From a virus (lineage: Duplodnaviria > Caudoviricetes), in IMG/VR virus record IMGVR_UViG_3300015207_000465, positions 1 to 64,000 of that record: 64,000 bases of DNA, one strand, 5' to 3'. Numbering within the stretch: the first letter of the stretch is position 1; every line of letters begins with the position of its first letter. Shown here one piece after another: positions 59,807 to 64,000 of the stretch. Both the position numbers and the translations under genes were made by a program. The notes beneath the pieces are model-generated. The model saw only the letters and a program-made list of their open reading frames with translations. It had not been told where the DNA came from and did not search any database.

Positions 59807-60010
59807 TATTGTTTTAAGGTAAAGATAGATTGTTAATTAGTACTTTTGCGGAGCGTGTCGTTGTGAAACGATGCGCTTTCTTTTTGCCTATTCCGTATAA
59901 AGTTACGACTTTAAGTAAGTTGTCGTGAGTGATGCTTGCTTTAATAATGTGGTTGTCGGTTTTGGGTCGTAGTTTTGCGTAGATAAACTTAAACCCCCAA
60001 TCATATCCAG

Positions 60011-60757
60011 ATGAAAAATAAAATCTTTGCAAAACTAAAACAGGAGTATTCCTCTCTTGGGTTAGGCGACGAATATCTGATGGCAAAAGCCGATTCCCTT
60101 GCAGCGACCGGTCTTGTGACTGACGATAACGTCGATGCTGTCGTGGCATGTCAGCGTAAAGAGCTTGAGGGTCTTCAAAAGTCCAACGACAAACGTGTTA
60201 CCGACGCTCTTGAAAAGGAACGTAAAAAGCACGAAGAAGAAACTCGCAAAAAGGAGCAGGAAGCCGAGGAAGCGCGTCGCAAAGCGGAAGAAGAGGCAAA
60301 GGGCAAAGTGAAGCCCGAAGTTACCGACCCCGCCGGCGACCCGCGATACGACGAACTGAAAAAGCAGTTTGACGAAATCGTCGCCGCCGGAAAGAAGCGC
60401 GATGCTGAGTCGGCTGCAACCATCAAGGCTCTTACCGATAGGAACACGGAACTTGGCAAGGCGGTCAAAGACCTCACTGACAAGAATACCGCAGCGGAAG
60501 CAGCAGCTGCCAAAGCAGCACGCAATGCGATGATAGTGGCGAAAGCCAAAGAGTTGGGCGTTCCGCAGTGGCGTATCGACGAGGGCTTCATTATCGCGGA
60601 TGACGCGACCGATGAGGTTGTAACCGAAACGCTGACCAAGGTTGCGAACAACATCAACACCAATATTCTTCCGGGAAATCGTGGCATGTTCCCCATGGCC
60701 GGCAATGAGCCTACCAAGGATGAGCTTGCTTCGATGGCTGCAAACCTCGTTAAGTAA
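60011..60757 (+). CDS. Capsid scaffold-like protein
   Basis: Charged coiled coil upstream of the head genes. Confidence 0.7.
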   Translation: MKNKIFAKLKQEYSSLGLGDEYLMAKADSLAATGLVTDDNVDAVVACQRKELEGLQKSNDKRVTDALEKERKKHEEETRKKEQEAEEARRKAEEEAKGKVKPEVTDPAGDPRYDELKKQFDEIVAAGKKRDAESAATIKALTDRNTELGKAVKDLTDKNTAAEAAAAKAARNAMIVAKAKELGVPQWRIDEGFIIADDATDEVVTETLTKVANNINTNILPGNRGMFPMAGNEPTKDELASMAANLVK

Positions 60758-60779
60758 CAACTAAACCCCAACAAGAATT

Positions 60780-61211
60780 ATGAAGAATGACATCTCACCC
60801 AACAAGGAAACGGTTGTCTTCGGCAATGATTCCGCAGTAATCCGTAAGTACATCAGCGGTATCCCCGGTGGTCGTACTCTGGACTGCACCGGTTTCAAAG
60901 AAGACACCGTGCTGGCCGGCCACGTCATCATCAAGAAGACTGACGGCAAGTATGCCCCCATGCCCGTTAAGGCAGCAGTTCCGGCATCAGGCGAAACAGC
61001 CGCAACGCCCGCGAGCTACGACTCGCTTCCCGCCGGCGCAACCTACGTGGGCATCCTTTATCGCTCCATCAGCGTAAAGAACCCCGCAGCTTCCATCATG
61101 TACGATGGCGTCGTAAACGACAAATTAGTTCCCTATCCCATGACAAGCATCTTGACCGCGTTCAAGACCGCTTGCCCTCACATCATTTTTGAACAGGACG
61201 AGGAGGCCTAA
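60780..61211 (+). CDS. Head decoration-like protein
   Basis: DS.VIRKY..GIPGGRTLD..AGHVII; directly upstream of the capsid gene. Confidence 0.65.
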   Translation: MKNDISPNKETVVFGNDSAVIRKYISGIPGGRTLDCTGFKEDTVLAGHVIIKKTDGKYAPMPVKAAVPASGETAATPASYDSLPAGATYVGILYRSISVKNPAASIMYDGVVNDKLVPYPMTSILTAFKTACPHIIFEQDEEA

Positions 61212-61219
61212 GAATCAGA

Positions 61220-62308
61220 GTTAATCAGTCATTTTATTTCGATTACGCAAAGCGTTTCTTCCCCGGCCTTGTGCTGGCTATCGTAGAACGCCTCAACGAG
61301 AAGCGTGCCAATTCCGCTCTCACCTACCTTTACAAAGAAAAACTTCGCCCGCAGTTTTCGCTTGATGGCCGCTGGGCTTCCATCCTTGCGGAATACACCC
61401 GCGTAGCCGCCGACGTTGTGGCACTTGACTCCGAGCTTCCGCTCAAGAGCCGTGACACACTGGAGGTTGCTTCCGGCACAATTCCCAAAATCGGTATGAA
61501 GCTCTACCTGACCGAAAAGCAGATGAAAGACGTTGACTCGATGATTGCGCAGGGTGTTCCCCTCCAGACCATCATCGACAACATCTTCGCTGATACCCCC
61601 CGTTGCATCGAGGGCATCTGGGAGCGCATCGAAGACATCTTCCTTTCGGAGCTTTCGTCGGGTGTCGGCGTTTCCGAGCGCAACAACGGCACAGGTGTGC
61701 GCATCAACATGAATTTCTATGACGACAACCAGTTCGCTGTTTCCAAACTTTGGAGCAACACCGACGCAACTCCGCTTGACGACATCCAGAAACTTGTTGA
61801 CAAGTCCATTACCGACGCAAACACCATCATCGACGCATACGCTGACGACACCGCCCTCGGTCTTCTCTACAAGAACAAGCAGGTGCGTTCACAGTTCGCG
61901 TTCAATCAGGGCATCGCCATGACCGGTTCGACCACCGTGCCGGTGCTTGACTTTGCGAAGCTCCAGCAGATTTTCCTCACCAAGTGGAACATCAATCTGC
62001 ACCGCGTCGCCCGCCGTGTCAAGACCGAGCTTAACGGCGAAAAGAAAAACCATACCCCGTGGAAGACCGGAACAATTTCCTTTGTCTGCGATGAAGAGCT
62101 TGGCTCACTCGTATGGACTAACGTTGCCGAGGCTTCGCGCCCCGTTGAAGGCGTTGTCTATCAGACTGCCGACCAGTACATCCTCGCAAAGAAATATTCC
62201 AAGACCGACCCCCTCCGCGAGTTTACCGCTTCCGAGGCTATGGTTGTGCCTGTGTTGAACAACGTTGACCGCATCTACACGCTCGACACTCAGACAGTTC
62301 AGGAATGA
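61220..62308 (+). CDS. Major capsid protein; proposed GTT start (362 aa)
   Basis: Size and position; VAADVVALDSELPLKSRD..G.IPKIG; frame open from 61193 with no ATG near the 5' end; first GTG at 61271. Confidence 0.8.
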   Translation, partial: VNQSFYFDYAKRFFPGLVLAIVERLNEKRANSALTYLYKEKLRPQFSLDGRWASILAEYTRVAADVVALDSELPLKSRDTLEVASGTIPKIGMKLYLTEKQMKDVDSMIAQGVPLQTIIDNIFADTPRCIEGIWERIEDIFLSELSSGVGVSERNNGTGVRINMNFYDDNQFAVSKLWSNTDATPLDDIQKLVDKSITDANTIIDAYADDTALGLLYKNKQVRSQFAFNQGIAMTGSTTVPVLDFAKLQQIFLTKWNINLHRVARRVKTELNGEKKNHTPWKTGTISFVCDEELGSLVWTNVAEASRPVEGVVYQTADQYILAKKYSKTDPLREFTASEAMVVPVLNNVDRIYTLDTQTVQE

Positions 62309-62640
62309 AAGCGACCGTCCTCATACCTTTCCGCGACAAACACGACCACAAGGTAGTGTATTCGCCCGGAGATGTAAAGGAATTTGACAATGACCGTGTG
62401 GTGGCACTCGCCGCCCGCGGTCTTGTCAAACCCCTTGAAGAAGCCTCCGAAACCGAAGAAAGCGCAGATGTCAAGCCTGCAAAGGGTAAAGGCAAAGGTA
62501 AAGGTAAAAACGCCAAGAAAGATAAGGAAGCCCCCGCCGAGGTAGCTCCCGAAGCTGAAAAGGTGGATGCCGACACCGATACCGATACCGAAGCAGAAGA
62601 CACCGACGCTGATGTAGAAAATTCCACCGACAAAGAATAA
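62305..62640 (+). CDS. Small head-associated protein with Lys-rich and acidic tail
   Basis: ATGA-coupled to the capsid gene; FRDK....Y..GD...F..R...L..RGLV. Confidence 0.7.
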   Translation: MKATVLIPFRDKHDHKVVYSPGDVKEFDNDRVVALAARGLVKPLEEASETEESADVKPAKGKGKGKGKNAKKDKEAPAEVAPEAEKVDADTDTDTEAEDTDADVENSTDKE

Positions 62641-62646
62641 CAACCG

Positions 62647-62988
62647 ATGACTATCCGCGCTTACATAACCGACAAACTGAAAGCCTATGGAATTTCCGAG
62701 GCGCAGCTAATCGACTTGTCTATTGCATCCGGTCTTAACCTTGACTCTGATGTTGTGGCAAACGACCCCGCTGTTGTAGGCGTTGCGCTGACGCACACCC
62801 TTGAGGAGTGCATCCTTGCGCCGCGACTGTCTAATGTGAGCGAAAACGGTTTTTCGATGTCATGGAACTACGACTCCGTGGGCAAGTATTACCTATGGCT
62901 TTGTCGCAAATGGGGATTGACCCCTAACGATGATGTCATGGCGTTACTTGGCCTTTCCTCGATTATAGACCGCACAGACAACTGGTAA
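62647..62988 (+). CDS. Head-tail connector-like protein
   Basis: Position; NVSENGFSMSW. Confidence 0.65.
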   Translation: MTIRAYITDKLKAYGISEAQLIDLSIASGLNLDSDVVANDPAVVGVALTHTLEECILAPRLSNVSENGFSMSWNYDSVGKYYLWLCRKWGLTPNDDVMALLGLSSIIDRTDNW

Positions 62989-62993
62989 AAGCA

Positions 62994-63323
62994 ATGTACT
63001 ACGCTCCACACATATTGCAAAAGCTCGTGATACCCGAAGAGGTGTCTGATGAACTTGGAAGACCAATCCCAAGCGAAGCAGGCGACGAATGGGTTGAGGT
63101 GTGCAGATGCAGATGTGACCACAATGGGGATAAGGAAATCAAGATGCCCGACGGCACTGTAATAAGACCGGAATACCATATTGTCCTTGAGGGTAACACC
63201 CCCGACATCAAGACCGGCGATTATGTGCGATGCCTGAAAGCTGACGGAAGCATCCGGGGTGAGGGTCGTGCTATCAGACCAAGAACATTAAACTATCTGC
63301 CTTATGCCGAAATCTACGTGTAA
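62994..63323 (+). CDS. Head closure-like protein
   Basis: Position; DELGRPI..W...CRCRCD. Confidence 0.65.
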   Translation: MYYAPHILQKLVIPEEVSDELGRPIPSEAGDEWVEVCRCRCDHNGDKEIKMPDGTVIRPEYHIVLEGNTPDIKTGDYVRCLKADGSIRGEGRAIRPRTLNYLPYAEIYV

Positions 63324-63612
63324 ATTTGATTTTAGCGATGTAGCCCCGGCTCTTGCACGTTTCAATCGCCAAGTACGAAAGAAAGTGGAGGAGGTAGGGC
63401 AAGAAGCCGTGGAATACGCTATTGAAAATGGCGACTACCACGATGTCACAGGCGAAACACGCGCAAGCAATCATTACAAGGTTGACGGAAACAACAATCT
63501 GACCATCTATAATGACTGCGACCACGCCGCAGAGCTTGAGGCAAACGGCAAGGATGTGATTGGAAATGCGGCCTTATACGCAGAACAACGACTTAAAGAG
63601 ATTTTTGAATGA
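63304..63612 (+). CDS. Neck (HK97 gp10-like) protein
   Basis: A.ENGDY.D.TG..R.S..Y motif. Confidence 0.65.
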   Translation: MPKSTCKFDFSDVAPALARFNRQVRKKVEEVGQEAVEYAIENGDYHDVTGETRASNHYKVDGNNNLTIYNDCDHAAELEANGKDVIGNAALYAEQRLKEIFE

Positions 63613-64000
63613 TAACCACAACCGACGCAGCCAACATTCTTTACACCGCCTGCAAAATCTTTGGGATGCCCGTCTATCAAGCCGGGAACATTCCGGAGGG
63701 TAAGGTAGGCAAGGATGGCCGTGTGGTCATCCACGTCAAAGAACACACCCCCGGCTCCACTTGGAAAAAGGGATTTGTCGAAATCAATCTTTTTGCCGCT
63801 GACACGCCGAAAGGAAAGTCTGACCTAATCCGTCTTAATGAGCTTGAGCGAATGGCTGTCAAAGACCTCAAGGGCATGGGATGGCATGACGGTACGGCAT
63901 ACACCTTTTCCGTAGCTTCTACGATACCGATGGAAAACGCCGATTTGAAAGCCCACTACATCAATGCCAAAGTGCTTTTCAAGGTATTAAACACAATGGA
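63609..64000 (+). CDS. Tail terminator-like protein (runs to the window end)
   Basis: Manual translation MITTTDAANILYTACKIFG...; open to the end of the window. Confidence 0.6.
   Translation, partial: MITTTDAANILYTACKIFGMPVYQAGNIPEGKVGKDGRVVIHVKEHTPGSTWKKGFVEINLFAADTPKGKSDLIRLNELERMAVKDLKGMGWHDGTAYTFSVASTIPMENADLKAHYINAKVLFKVLNTM

Larger units (their letters stand above)
12103..64000. mobile_element. Temperate long-tailed prophage of a Bacteroidales host, continuing beyond the window
   Basis: int, CI/Cro/Xis, replication genes, tape measure, lysin, terminase, portal, capsid and neck genes. Confidence 0.95.

Noticed and set aside
60062-60774. Long antisense ORFs over the scaffold gene, and similar ones over the tape measure gene
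   Set aside because: Shadow ORFs from biased codon usage with no recognisable motifs, unlike the nested HNH
61201-61216. AGGAGG plus ATC 61214 as capsid start
   Set aside because: AGGAGG is explained by Glu-Glu codons of the upstream gene and Bacteroidetes rarely use SD; kept only as an alternative to test

Overview
Bacteroidales-type DNA (TAnnTTTG promoters, Bacteroides-like integrases) made almost entirely of mobile elements. From left to right: the end of an integrative element (tyrosine integrase 20-1438); a satellite-like element (~1.67-8.0 kb: TerS-like gene, DUF6291-type Rep, Xis, and a chimeric, frameshifted integrase); a 4.1-kb mini-element (integrase, RuvC, wHTH) bounded by a 15-bp direct repeat resembling the tmRNA 3' end (8008-8022 and 12103-12117); and a large temperate prophage from 12.1 kb past the window end. 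The prophage carries int, CI/Cro/Xis, recombination, replication and nucleotide genes, an inverted tape measure gene, lysin, TerS/TerL, portal, an accessory block and head/neck genes. Main finding: the prophage appears to encode its own non-AUG translation initiation system. It has a tRNA with an fMet-type body but anticodon AAC (40310-40382) and a divergent Met-tRNA formyltransferase (53730-55013). Three late genes, including the major capsid gene, lack a usable ATG and begin at AGA-GTT-AR, a context complementary to the whole 7-nt anticodon loop of that tRNA. Second finding: TerL contains a 318-aa intein whose HNH endonuclease is encoded in a different reading frame, fully nested inside the still-open intein frame. 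Product names come from motif recognition only; no database searches were run.
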